NCBI GenBank assembly: GCA_964461295.1
Contig: CAYWTX010000419.1
Coordinates: forward strand, 1 to 50,169
DNA from: an uncultured Planctomycetaceae bacterium
Lineage (GTDB): Bacteria > Planctomycetota > Phycisphaerae > SM23-33
Length of the DNA: 50,169 bases
Direction: 5' to 3'
Part shown: piece by piece, positions 8,954-17,873 of the stretch
Layout of the letters: every line of letters starts with the position of its first letter
Position numbering within the stretch: position 1 is the stretch's first letter
The notes under the pieces: generated by a model
Databases searched by the model: none
Seen by the model: only the letters and a program-made list of their open reading frames with translations
Told to the model about the DNA's origin: nothing
Translations under genes and position numbers: made by a program

Positions 8954-9949
8954 TCACGTGGGGCTGAGGTGCAGGTGATCGAACCGCAGGTCGAGGTAAT
9001 CGTGGAAGCCGGCCAGCTTGCCCCCGTGGTCGGCCACGTACGCGTCCAGATACGACATCTTTCGTTCCGGCGAGACCACGAAATCGCCGTTGCCGATGGG
9101 GAAACGCCCGAAGCGGATCTCCGTCGTCTTGCCGCGGCCGACCTGGGCCAGCACCCGCAACTCCGGCTCCGACCGGCTGATGCGGTTGGCGTGGTTGCGG
9201 ACGTCGATGGTCGCGATCTGGGCGAGGTAGGGTTTCGTCCGTACCAGTTCGACCAGGCGCAGGCCGTCCAGCAGGTCCGGGGCGTCCCATTTCCAGCCTG
9301 GCTGGGGCGGGTCGGTCTTCACACCCTCGATGACGACGTAATGGATCCGCCGCGCCGATGGTTGCCACTGTTTGCGAACGTCGCCGGGCGCCACGAAGCT
9401 GATCTGCCGGGCGTAGCCCCCCTTGCCGTCCGCGAACGACACGACGTACTGCGGCACCTGCTCGGACGGCAGCACGTGTCCATCGTCGCCGACGAACACC
9501 AACTCGCCCTTGTGGCGGACCCGCGCGACGGGTCGGCGGTACGCGGCGGACAAATCGACGATTCCGCGGCCGTCGGCGAGCACGCGAACGGCGACCTGCT
9601 CCACCTTGCGGACCCAGGGGTGCTGGGCGGCCAATTCGGCGACTTTCTCGGTCAGGCGCGGGTCGCTGAGGTTGGCCTGGGGCGGCGTCAGGTCGTTGGC
9701 AAGCGCCCGTGCCAGGGCGGCAGGCATCCATTGCGGCAGGCAAGCCAACTCGACGGACGCGGCGCCGCGTCCGGGACCGGCATGGGCATTCATGCCCAGC
9801 ACGTGGGCCTCGAGAACCGTCAGGCCGAAGGCCCCCGCGCCGGCCAAGGCGACGCACAGCGCGCCCCACGCCAACCAGCGCAGCGGCCGGCCGGTGAACC
9901 GGCGCGAAAGCAAACCGACCTTGTGTGAGTGATTGGCCATCGCGGTCAT
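8954..9949 (-). CDS. FtsQ/DivIB-like cell-division protein (single TM + POTRA-like domain)
   Basis: The TM helix is LRWLAWGALCVALAGAGAFGLTVL. It is followed by an FtsQ-type pattern (AELAAQHPWVRKVEQVAVRV...IVDLSAAYRRPVARV...VFVGDDGHVLP). The assignment rests on motif resemblance only. Confidence 0.6.
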   Translation of the reverse strand: MTAMANHSHKVGLLSRRFTGRPLRWLAWGALCVALAGAGAFGLTVLEAHVLGMNAHAGPGRGAASVELACLPQWMPAALARALANDLTPPQANLSDPRLTEKVAELAAQHPWVRKVEQVAVRVLADGRGIVDLSAAYRRPVARVRHKGELVFVGDDGHVLPSEQVPQYVVSFADGKGGYARQISFVAPGDVRKQWQPSARRIHYVVIEGVKTDPPQPGWKWDAPDLLDGLRLVELVRTKPYLAQIATIDVRNHANRISRSEPELRVLAQVGRGKTTEIRFGRFPIGNGDFVVSPERKMSYLDAYVADHGGKLAGFHDYLDLRFDHLHLSPT

Positions 9950-10128
9950 CTATTGTCGGTTCAGGGGGCGGGGTTTCTCAAGAGAAACTCTGCCCTGCGG
10001 CATGCCGGGGTAGCAGCGCTCCGCACCTCCGAGCGCCGGGAGCGATCGGAATCCTCTTCGATCGCGGCGAACCCATGGTGGGCCGCCGGCGAACACCTCC
10101 TCCTGGTCCCCCGTGCGCGACGCCGCAA

Positions 10129-10156
10129 TCGACAAAGGTCTCGCGGCCGGTATAAT
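10129..10156 (+). promoter_or_regulatory. candidate sigma-70 promoter for murD (TCGACA-16 nt-TATAAT)
   Basis: The -35 TCGACA is at 10129-10134 and the -10 TATAAT at 10151-10156, 32 nt before the murD ATG. GGAG at 10171-10174 sits about 14 nt upstream of that ATG. Confidence 0.45.
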
Positions 10157-10188
10157 CCCGCCACCGGAACGGAGTCTGGAGAACCAGG

Positions 10189-11502
10189 ATGAAGAGCGAT
10201 TTTGCGGGCAGGCGCGTAACCGTCGTCGGGCTGGGCCGCTTCGGCGGCGGAGTGGGCGTCACGCGATGGCTCGCCGAGCAGGGCGCCGCCGTCACCGTCT
10301 CCGACAAGGCCCCTGCCGGCGACCTGGCCGAGTCCGTTCGCCAACTTGACGGCCTGGCCGTTGCGCTCCACCTCGGCGGGCACGAGGAGGCCGACTTCCT
10401 CCAGGCCGAACTGCTCGTGGTCAATCCCGCCCTGCCGCCGGAGACGCCGCTGTTGCTGGCCGCCGCGGCCGCCGGCGTGCCACAGACCACCGAGATGAAC
10501 CTTTTCCTGGAGCGCTGCCGGGCCGCGGTCGTCGCGATCACCGGCACGGTGGGCAAGAGCACCACCACCGCGATGATCGGCGAAATCCTCCGCCGGCGCT
10601 GCCGCACGCACGTCGGCGGGAACATTGGGCGCAGCCTCCTGTGCGAACTGCCCGACATAGCTCCCGGCGACGTCGTCGTGCTGGAACTGTCGAGCTTCCA
10701 GCTCTTCCGAATGCCGCCGACCTTGCGGGCCCCGCACGTCGCGCTGGTGACCAACCTGGCCGCCAACCACGTCGACTGGCATGGCTCGTTCGAGGCCTAC
10801 GGCGACGCCAAGAAGAACATCTTCCGCCGCCAGAAGCCCGGGGACGTGCTCGTGCTGAACGCCGCCGACCCGCACGTGAGGGGCTGGGCCGCCGAAGCGC
10901 CCGCCGGCGTGAAAGTCGAGTTCTTCAGCGGCGAGGGCGAGCTGCCGTTCGAGTTGAAGATCGTTGGGCGTCACAACCAGGCCAACGCCCAGGCGGCCTG
11001 GCAGGTCGCGCGGGCGATGGGTATCGACCGCGCCACCGCCGCGGCCGCCCTGGGCGGATTCGCCGGCCTGCCGCACCGGCTGCAATTCGTGGCCGAGCGG
11101 AACGGCGTGCGGTACTACAACGACAGCAAGTGCACCACGCCGGAGGGCGGCATCGTGGCGTTGGAAGCGTTCGAGCCGCGCCGGGCCATCTTCATCGTCG
11201 GCGGGTACGACAAGCACGTCAGCTTCGACTCCTTCGGCCGGGCGCTCGCCCAGCGGGCCAAGGCCGTCGTCGCCATCGGCGTCACGGCTGGGCAGATTGT
11301 CGCGGCCGTGGAAGTCGCCCGCAACGGCCCGGCCCCCGTGGTGGAGCGAGCCGCCACGCTGGCGGACGCGGTGGCCGCTTGCCGTCGCCACGCGGCAGCG
11401 GGCGACTGCATCGCCCTTTCGCCCGCCTGCGCAAGTTGGGACATGTTCCTGAATTACGAGCAGCGCGGCGACCAGTTCGCCGCTTTGGCGCGGGGCGGAT
11501 AG
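10189..11502 (+). CDS. murD: UDP-N-acetylmuramoylalanine--D-glutamate ligase
   Basis: The N-terminal Rossmann-like motif is VVGLGRFGGG. The Mur ligase P-loop is ITGTVGKSTTTAMIGEIL. The C-terminal NDSKCTTP motif is present. Confidence 0.9.
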   Translation: MKSDFAGRRVTVVGLGRFGGGVGVTRWLAEQGAAVTVSDKAPAGDLAESVRQLDGLAVALHLGGHEEADFLQAELLVVNPALPPETPLLLAAAAAGVPQTTEMNLFLERCRAAVVAITGTVGKSTTTAMIGEILRRRCRTHVGGNIGRSLLCELPDIAPGDVVVLELSSFQLFRMPPTLRAPHVALVTNLAANHVDWHGSFEAYGDAKKNIFRRQKPGDVLVLNAADPHVRGWAAEAPAGVKVEFFSGEGELPFELKIVGRHNQANAQAAWQVARAMGIDRATAAAALGGFAGLPHRLQFVAERNGVRYYNDSKCTTPEGGIVALEAFEPRRAIFIVGGYDKHVSFDSFGRALAQRAKAVVAIGVTAGQIVAAVEVARNGPAPVVERAATLADAVAACRRHAAAGDCIALSPACASWDMFLNYEQRGDQFAALARGG

Positions 11503-11563
11503 ACAAGAGAAAACCGGGGGGGGGCTACTGGTGTTCAAGCCTCCAGAGAGAGAAGGAGAACGC

Positions 11564-13327
11564 ATGAACACCATCCGCGCCGCCGCTGCCGCCGTCGCCA
11601 TGGCCATTGTGGTCCTGCCATCGGCGTTCGCCGAGGAACCTGCCAAGACCCCCGCGGCGGCGGCCGCCGAGACGCCCACGGGAGCGCCCAAGATCACCCA
11701 CGACTGGCCCATGTACTTCGGCCCGTCGGGCACCTTCGCGGATCCGACCAGGGTGCCACTCCTGGATGATTTCAGCCAGGCTCGTCTGGTCTGGAAGAGC
11801 GAGGACAAGAGCATCGGGTGGGGCAAGACCACCACTGGGGATCGTCCGAACTCCCCACGTGCACCGGGCCTGTATCCCAGCGGTCAGGGCAGCCTGATCG
11901 TCGCCGGCGGCCTGGTGATCGCGGGATACTTCATCCCCAGCGGTGAGGCAATCGCCAAGGAATACGCGGACAACCCCCCCGAATTGCGCCAGCGCGGCCT
12001 GATCGGGGCCGATGATGTCATCCTGGCGGTGGACGCGGCGACCGGCAAGACCAGGTGGAAGCAGGTCTTCGCCGGCAAAGGCATGAACCGCGGCGCCGGC
12101 AAGCGTCCGATGTATGGACCGACGCCGGCGGCGGCGGACGGGAGGGTCTTTCACCTCGGGACAACCGCGCGGGTCTACTGCGTCGAACTGGCGACCGGCA
12201 AACCAGTTTGGGAGAGCGACACCGGCAAACAGCACAAGGTACTCGAGGAACACAAGACCGAACAGCTCGCCCAGCGATCGCTCGCCAAGATCGAGGTCGA
12301 GATGCTGACCAGTCTGGTTGTTTGCGATCAGACACTGCTCGTCCCGTCTGGCGGCACGCTCATCGGGTTCGACGCCGCATCCGGCAAACGGTTGTGGGAA
12401 TGCGCCAATGCGTTGTCGGGCGACAATGTCCCCTGTCCGGTGGTGGTCGAAGGCCAACCGACCCTCTTCTGTATCAACGGGCAAGGCGAGATGCGGCTGA
12501 TTCAACCCAAGACCGGCAAAGTTCTCTGGATGCAGACCACCACGCCCAGGATTGCCCATTCGACGCAGCCGGTCGCGGCGGATGGCAAGGCTTTCGTCTG
12601 GAACCCGGTCACATCGGACCTCGGTAAGGGCGGCGCCGTTGGCGTGGGCAAACCCGCCTGTTACACCCTCAGACTCGATGGCGCGAAACTGCTATGGGAA
12701 CTGCCCGACGAGTACCAGCACGGGATGCGTCGCGATGGGGGACCATGCGCGAAGATGGGTTACCGGGACGGCGTGGCCTACTTGGGGACTTTCGGAGTTG
12801 GAGGCAAGGCTGCTATGGTGGCCGTCGATGCCGCCGACGGGAAACTGCTTCATAGACTCACCCCAACAACTACAAGTTGGGGTCAGTTCCACCTCTGGGG
12901 TAACAAATTCGTGCTGATTGGCGACAACAGCCATGAGAGCATGAGGATGGCATGCGCCTACACGCCCCACACGCTGGAACTGGCGCCGACAGGAAACCCC
13001 TACGCTCCACGCGGCAATGAAGGGGTGTCCGGTTATATCCTTCCCATCCGCGATCCGTTCGCCGATGGCTTCCAGTTCACGCGAACTGCCACCGGCCAAA
13101 TCTGGTGCTACGACCTGCGGAAGTCCCCGGCCATGTTCAAGGTCGAAGCCGCCCCCAAAGACGCCAAGGACCCGCGCGTCAACCAGATGCTGACGGCAGG
13201 GCTGAGCGACGGCAAACCGGCCGCGCCCTTACTCCCGTTGATCCGCGAGGCCAAGACCAGGTGGACCCATCGCGCCTTCGCCGATGCCTCCGCCAAGGCC
13301 ATCGCGGTCTTGGGGAAAGTCCAGTAA
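11564..13327 (+). CDS. secreted PQQ-like beta-propeller repeat protein
   Basis: ATG at 11564 follows AGAAGGAGAA. The signal peptide is MNTIRAAAAAVAMAIVVLPSAFA. Propeller motifs of the form DAATGKTRWK, ELATGKPVWE, DAASGKRLWE and PKTGKVLWM recur. Confidence 0.7.
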   Translation: MNTIRAAAAAVAMAIVVLPSAFAEEPAKTPAAAAAETPTGAPKITHDWPMYFGPSGTFADPTRVPLLDDFSQARLVWKSEDKSIGWGKTTTGDRPNSPRAPGLYPSGQGSLIVAGGLVIAGYFIPSGEAIAKEYADNPPELRQRGLIGADDVILAVDAATGKTRWKQVFAGKGMNRGAGKRPMYGPTPAAADGRVFHLGTTARVYCVELATGKPVWESDTGKQHKVLEEHKTEQLAQRSLAKIEVEMLTSLVVCDQTLLVPSGGTLIGFDAASGKRLWECANALSGDNVPCPVVVEGQPTLFCINGQGEMRLIQPKTGKVLWMQTTTPRIAHSTQPVAADGKAFVWNPVTSDLGKGGAVGVGKPACYTLRLDGAKLLWELPDEYQHGMRRDGGPCAKMGYRDGVAYLGTFGVGGKAAMVAVDAADGKLLHRLTPTTTSWGQFHLWGNKFVLIGDNSHESMRMACAYTPHTLELAPTGNPYAPRGNEGVSGYILPIRDPFADGFQFTRTATGQIWCYDLRKSPAMFKVEAAPKDAKDPRVNQMLTAGLSDGKPAAPLLPLIREAKTRWTHRAFADASAKAIAVLGKVQ

Positions 13328-13429
13328 ACTGCACAGAGATCGCATTCATCGGCCTGCCGCGGCGGGATTCCGGCAGGCAGGACAAGGGCAAGAACCCCGT
13401 GAACGGCTACCGGAAAGGAAAAGTGGTCC

Positions 13430-14452
13430 ATGAAAAGTCTCTGCGCCATCGCGTTCGCCTGGTGTGTGCTGGCCCTGGCTGTTCCGACCTTGCCTTGTGC
13501 GGCCGGGGAGGCGGTCCTGCCGCCAAACCTGAAGAAGGGCGAGTACACCAGCCTCCAGTACACCAGCGCCGACGGCAAGGTCATGCACTACAACCTGTAT
13601 CTCCCCGCCTCGTACACGCCCGAGGCGAAGCTGCCGTTCCTGGCGGAGGTGCATGGCGGCGGGGTGCCCCCCCGGGACAAGCCATACAAAGGCGGCTCCG
13701 GCAAACGCTACCTGGAAAAGAACCCATCCTATAGCGAAGCCAAGTATCCCTGCGTCTTCTTCGAGCCGGTTGCCAATCCCGACTGGTGCAAGAGTTGTTG
13801 GGATGAGAAGGGATGGGGCACCGGCTCCCACAAGCACGACTTGGACGCTCCGCCGAAGGGGATCGCCCTGATCCTCGAACTGATTCCGATTCTCATGAAG
13901 GAACTGGGTTGCGACGCCAATCGATGCTATGTCGCGGGGGCATCCAACGGCGGGTACGCCACCTGGGACCTCATCATGTATCGGCCCGACCTCTTTGCCG
14001 CGGCCGTGCCTATCTGCGGAGCCGGAGACCCCTCCAAGGCGTCCCGCATTGCGCATATCCCGACCTGGGCGTTCCACGGCACGGCCGACAGGTGGGTCCC
14101 GTTCAAGGGCACGAAGGACATGATCGACGCCCTGGAGGCGGCCGGCGGCAAGCCTAAGCACACCTACATTGAGGGAGGCAACCACCATGCCTGGGATCCG
14201 GCATGGGAGAACCCGGAGTTGGTTCCCTGGCTGTTTGCGCAGGTGCGGAAGGGCAAGGCGGCCCCCGGCGCGCCCGCGGCTTCTGGTCCGGCGGCCAGTT
14301 CGCCGGCGCCGACCTCGCAACCAGTATCCCAAGGCACGGTGGGATGGCGCGGCGACGCCCCTTCGGGGCTAAGAGGGAGAAATGGCCGCTTCTGCGACTC
14401 TCTCGCAACCGCTCACGGATGGGCAGGCCGAGGAACTGGCGGCCCTGGATGA
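13430..14452 (+). CDS. secreted alpha/beta-hydrolase (esterase / PHB-depolymerase-like)
   Basis: A signal peptide is present, with the nucleophile elbow GASNGG and downstream D and H motifs (HGTADRWVP, GGNHHAW). The low-complexity Pro/Ala tail and the last ~30 codons read through R1 copy 3, so the true stop is uncertain. Confidence 0.75.
   Translation: MKSLCAIAFAWCVLALAVPTLPCAAGEAVLPPNLKKGEYTSLQYTSADGKVMHYNLYLPASYTPEAKLPFLAEVHGGGVPPRDKPYKGGSGKRYLEKNPSYSEAKYPCVFFEPVANPDWCKSCWDEKGWGTGSHKHDLDAPPKGIALILELIPILMKELGCDANRCYVAGASNGGYATWDLIMYRPDLFAAAVPICGAGDPSKASRIAHIPTWAFHGTADRWVPFKGTKDMIDALEAAGGKPKHTYIEGGNHHAWDPAWENPELVPWLFAQVRKGKAAPGAPAASGPAASSPAPTSQPVSQGTVGWRGDAPSGLRGRNGRFCDSLATAHGWAGRGTGGPG
14357..14415 (+). 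repeat. R1 repeat, copy 3
   Basis: It aligns to copies 1 and 2 and overlaps the 3' end of the esterase ORF. Confidence 0.65.
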
Positions 14453-14774
14453 TGCCGTCGTCAAGCGGGTCATTCCTGCCGCGGCCAGACGAATTGCCGA
14501 ACGGAATGGCCGCATCGCCGAACTCCAGGCCAAGCTCGATGGCCACGATGGATTCGGCCCTGCGGACCTACCTGACGACTGGCCAACTGCCCCCGCTACC
14601 CCCACAATCCGTTGCAGACGGGTGAAGTGTTACCCGCACTGTTCTCAGGAACGCCTTTCGGACGCGTCCCGACCCCACCCCGGCGCGTTTGCCGGAGAAG
14701 GTGCGTGTGTACTCGCGGTTTCCTCACGCCCTGGGCGTATTGCGGACATGTCGCCGCCCGTCGCTGCCTCCTAG
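14382..14774 (+). CDS. hypothetical protein (weak call)
   Basis: Third-position GC is moderately high over the first ~60 codons (SQPLTDGQAEELAALDDAVVKRVIPAAARRIAERNGRIAELQAKLDG). The start lies inside R1 copy 3. I see no recognisable domain. Confidence 0.25.
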   Translation: MAASATLSQPLTDGQAEELAALDDAVVKRVIPAAARRIAERNGRIAELQAKLDGHDGFGPADLPDDWPTAPATPTIRCRRVKCYPHCSQERLSDASRPHPGAFAGEGACVLAVSSRPGRIADMSPPVAAS

Positions 14775-15254
14775 CAGCCCTTCCGTCGATCAGCGGGGTT
14801 TACCACTTGCCTGGCCGCGCAACAACGCGAACGCCGAGGGAAGACTTTCTGAGATGAGCGTGAGACCCGCGATGATCGGAACGGCGCGATCGCGGCGATG
14901 CTGGACGAGGCCAATGGGACGACCGCGGGCTTGGCCAGCGCCGTGCGGCAAGCCTTCGCCGAGCCCGGGGAAGCCTTCGACGCGATCGCGACGTCGATGG
15001 AAATGCACGAGTTCGCGGATCGGGTCATTGGTCCATCGACGCCGCGACGTGACGGCAGCCTTGTTCCGGGTAGTATATCGCGCCCCCGCCATGCGTGGTT
15101 GCTTCGGCCCCGATCCCCTGCGCGAACCACGGCGCCGAAGTGGGCGGGCGAGGTCGGCAGTCGGCAATGAGCAACTCGGTTGCGGGCAAAGCCGGCGCCG
15201 GGCAGTTCGTGGACCATCTTCCCCCGCCCCGCCGCGGCCGGTACACTGCCGCGC

Positions 15255-15989
15255 ATGAACGCCACGGCCATCATCCCCGCCCGGTATGCCTCAACGCGGC
15301 TGCCCGGCAAGCCGTTGCTTGCCCGTACGGGCAAGCCGCTCATCCAGCACGTGGTCGAGGCCGTGCGGCAGGCCCGGCGCATCGGGCGGGTCATCGTCGC
15401 CACCGATGACGAACGCATCCGCGCCGCCGTGGAAGCCTTCGGCGGACAGGCTGTGATGACCCGCGCCGACCACCGTAGCGGCAGCGACCGCCTGGCCGAG
15501 GCGGCCGCTATCCTCGGCCTGGGCGACGACGAGATCGTCGTGAACGTGCAGGGCGACGAGCCGGAGATTCCCGCGGCCGCCATCGACCGCGTCGTGGGAC
15601 TTGTCGCCGGTTCGCAGGCGCCCATGGCCACGCTGGTGACGCCCCTGTCGGCCGAGGAGGCGTGCGACCCCAACCGCGTGAAGGCCGTGCTCGGCCGCGA
15701 CGGCCGGGCGCTGTACTTCTCGCGCGCCCGAATCCCGTTCGACCGCGACGGTGCGGGCGGGGCGCGATACCTGCTGCACCTGGGCATCTACGCCTACCGC
15801 GTGGCGTTCCTCAAGCGGTTCACGGCTCTGCCGCCCACCCCGGCCGAGCAGTCCGAGAAGCTCGAGCAGCTCCGCGCGCTGGAGCACGGGTACGCCATCG
15901 TGGCGGCCGAGGTAGACTACGACGGCGCGGGCATCGACACCCCGGGCGACTACGCGGTGTTTGTTGCGCGAATGGCGGGGCAGGCGTGA
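15255..15989 (+). CDS. kdsB: 3-deoxy-manno-octulosonate cytidylyltransferase (CMP-KDO synthetase)
   Basis: MNATAIIPARYASTRLPGKPL, VIVATDDERI, VNVQGDEP and HLGIYAYR are characteristic KdsB motifs. Confidence 0.9.
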   Translation: MNATAIIPARYASTRLPGKPLLARTGKPLIQHVVEAVRQARRIGRVIVATDDERIRAAVEAFGGQAVMTRADHRSGSDRLAEAAAILGLGDDEIVVNVQGDEPEIPAAAIDRVVGLVAGSQAPMATLVTPLSAEEACDPNRVKAVLGRDGRALYFSRARIPFDRDGAGGARYLLHLGIYAYRVAFLKRFTALPPTPAEQSEKLEQLRALEHGYAIVAAEVDYDGAGIDTPGDYAVFVARMAGQA

Positions 15990-17353
15990 CGGCGCCGTGG
16001 TCGGCCATCGGCGTCGAGCATCGCGACGGCGTGTGGTGGCTGGTCAACGCCGCCGGCGAGCGATTCGTCAGCCTCGGTGTCAACCACGTCCAGGGCGATT
16101 GCTGGCTGGCGCCGTACAATCGCCAGTGGTCGCTGGAGAAGTACGGCCCGGACCTCGCCGGCCCGGACGGCGAGTTCAACCCCAACGGCGCGGCCCTGCC
16201 GCGTCTGATGGCGAACGTCCTGGCCACGATGGGACGGTGGCAGTTCAATACCTTAGGGGTACACACGGCCGGCGTGCCGCCGCGGCTGTTCAAGGACGAC
16301 GTCTACTACGTGGTCGACACCAACACGCAGGACCTCGCCCCGCGCTGTGCGCCGGATGCCGCCTCGCCGTGGTGGCGCGCGCCGCGGTTGGGGCAGGAGG
16401 CGTTTCCGGACATCTTCGCCGACTCGTTCGCCGCGGCCGTGGAGCAGCGAGTGCGGGCCGTTTGTGAACTGCACCGCGGGCAGCGCAACCTGATCGGCTA
16501 TGCGTTCGCGGATATCCCGCGCTGGTATCTGTACCGCGGCGAGATGCAGCAGCACGGCGGGCAAGCCCGCCCGCCAAGTGCGATGCACCCGTGGGTGGAC
16601 GACCTGCGCCGACTCGGCCCGGCCGCGCCAGGCAAGCGGCAATGGATCGACGTGCTGCGCGGCAATCACGCCTCGCCGGAGCAGGCCGCGCGGGCGTACG
16701 GCGCCGCCTTCCGAACGTGGGAGCAGGCGGGCGAGTTGACGGACTGGCCTGCGCCGGCCGACGCAGCCGCGTCCGCTGCCGACTGCGCCGGTGTGCTCGT
16801 CGCGATGGTCGAGCGGTGGTACGAACTGCATTGCGGCTGCCTGCGCGAGCACGACGACGGCCACCTGATTCTGGGCGACAAGCTGCACAGTCCGGCGGAC
16901 ATCCCGCCGGCGGTGTTGGAGACCGTCGCCCGCCACGTGGACGTGCTGTTCCTCCAGTGGTACGCGCCGTTTGAGCAGCAGCGCGACACGCTGCTGCGGC
17001 TGCACGCGGCCACGGGCAAGCCGATCCTCAACGGCGACAGCAGCTTTGCCGTCGCCAAGCCGCCGCACCAGACGCGGGTCAAGGGGTACATGGTGGACAG
17101 CCTGGCGGCCGTGGGGCGGCACTATCACGACTATGTGCGTGGGATCATGTCGCTGCCGTTCATGCTGGGCTGGCATCACTGCGGCTGGGTGGAGCAGTGG
17201 GACGGCGCCCGCGCGGGCAGCGGTCTGCCGCTGAACGAGAACGGACTGATGGACCCCTTCGAGCGGCCGTACGAGGCGGTCGTCGAGCGTGTGATCGAGG
17301 CGAATTCGCAGGCGGCGGCGTGGCATGCGGGAGCGGGCAGTGTTAGAGCTTGA
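15986..17353 (+). CDS. hypothetical protein, glycoside-hydrolase-like (TIM-barrel resemblance only)
   Basis: The GTG start overlaps the kdsB stop (GTGA at 15986-15989). The coding-like frame runs through 455 aa. The product assignment is weak. Confidence 0.6.
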   Translation: MTAPWSAIGVEHRDGVWWLVNAAGERFVSLGVNHVQGDCWLAPYNRQWSLEKYGPDLAGPDGEFNPNGAALPRLMANVLATMGRWQFNTLGVHTAGVPPRLFKDDVYYVVDTNTQDLAPRCAPDAASPWWRAPRLGQEAFPDIFADSFAAAVEQRVRAVCELHRGQRNLIGYAFADIPRWYLYRGEMQQHGGQARPPSAMHPWVDDLRRLGPAAPGKRQWIDVLRGNHASPEQAARAYGAAFRTWEQAGELTDWPAPADAAASAADCAGVLVAMVERWYELHCGCLREHDDGHLILGDKLHSPADIPPAVLETVARHVDVLFLQWYAPFEQQRDTLLRLHAATGKPILNGDSSFAVAKPPHQTRVKGYMVDSLAAVGRHYHDYVRGIMSLPFMLGWHHCGWVEQWDGARAGSGLPLNENGLMDPFERPYEAVVERVIEANSQAAAWHAGAGSVRA

Positions 17354-17627
17354 AGTCGCGTGCGCCGTGGAAGACGCGGGTTATGTAAACGTGTTCGCCC
17401 TCCACGCGGTACATGACCCTGTAGTCGCCGACCCGGACCTCTCTGCGGGCCCTGTCGCCCGTTTCCGGTGTCACCTTGCCGGAGAGCGGGAATTCTGACA
17501 GACGCCGCGTCGCCTCGATGAGCCTGTCGCCGAACATGGAAGCCTGAGCAGGCGAGTCCTGGGCGATATACTCCTTTATCAGGTCCAAGTCGTCCAGGGC
17601 CGCGAGTGTCCACCTCACTTCGCCCAT
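17343..17627 (-). CDS. type II toxin, RelE/ParE family
   Basis: The 94-aa protein has a typical ParE/RelE layout (WTLAALDDLDLIKEYIAQDSP...GDYRVMYRVEGEHVYITRVFHGARD). It overlaps the upstream antitoxin ORF by 13 nt. Confidence 0.85.
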   Translation of the reverse strand: MGEVRWTLAALDDLDLIKEYIAQDSPAQASMFGDRLIEATRRLSEFPLSGKVTPETGDRARREVRVGDYRVMYRVEGEHVYITRVFHGARDFKL

Positions 17628-17797
17628 TGCCGGATTCTCTTCTCTGCTTCAGCTTGGGAAACCCAACGTCCTTCCCGGATGTCTTTCTCGCCTTTTTCGA
17701 TAGCGGCCCGCAGGTACAGCGCGTACATGACTTCTTCCATGTCGGCCTCATCCGGCAACGCATCGATAACCTGTCGTGCCATCTCTTTGACGCTCAT
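17615..17797 (-). CDS. antitoxin partner of the RelE/ParE toxin
   Basis: The 60-aa ORF lies directly upstream of the toxin and overlaps it. The pattern LPDEADMEEVMYALYLRAAIEKGEKDIREGR is common in small antitoxins of this class. Confidence 0.7.
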   Translation of the reverse strand: MSVKEMARQVIDALPDEADMEEVMYALYLRAAIEKGEKDIREGRWVSQAEAEKRIRQWAK

Positions 17798-17818
17798 GTC
17801 AGCTTCCCTTCAACGACA

Positions 17819-17847
17819 ATTATACACCATTCCACCGGCTTGACCAA
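17819..17847 (-). promoter_or_regulatory. candidate sigma-70 promoter of the toxin-antitoxin operon (TTGGTC-17 nt-TATAAT)
   Basis: On the minus strand the -35 TTGGTC is at 17847-17842 and the -10 TATAAT at 17824-17819, about 20 nt before the antitoxin ATG. Confidence 0.5.
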
Positions 17848-17873
17848 CCACCGACGCCGGCGATTCGCCTCCC

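Noticed and set aside
13352-13380. Hairpin GCCTGCCG-N11-CGGCAGGC after the PQQ-propeller gene as an intrinsic terminator
   Set aside because: No U-tract follows, the stem is only 8 bp, and the next gene starts 50 nt later in the same direction. The evidence is insufficient.
14898-15170. 90-aa ORF (MLDEANGTTAGLASAVRQAFAEPGEAFDAIATSMEMHEFADRVIG...) in the 800-bp gap before kdsB
   Set aside because: The first ~45 codons have coding-like third-position GC, but the rest degenerates. There is no SD and no recognisable family. It may be a gene fragment, and support is too weak to call it.
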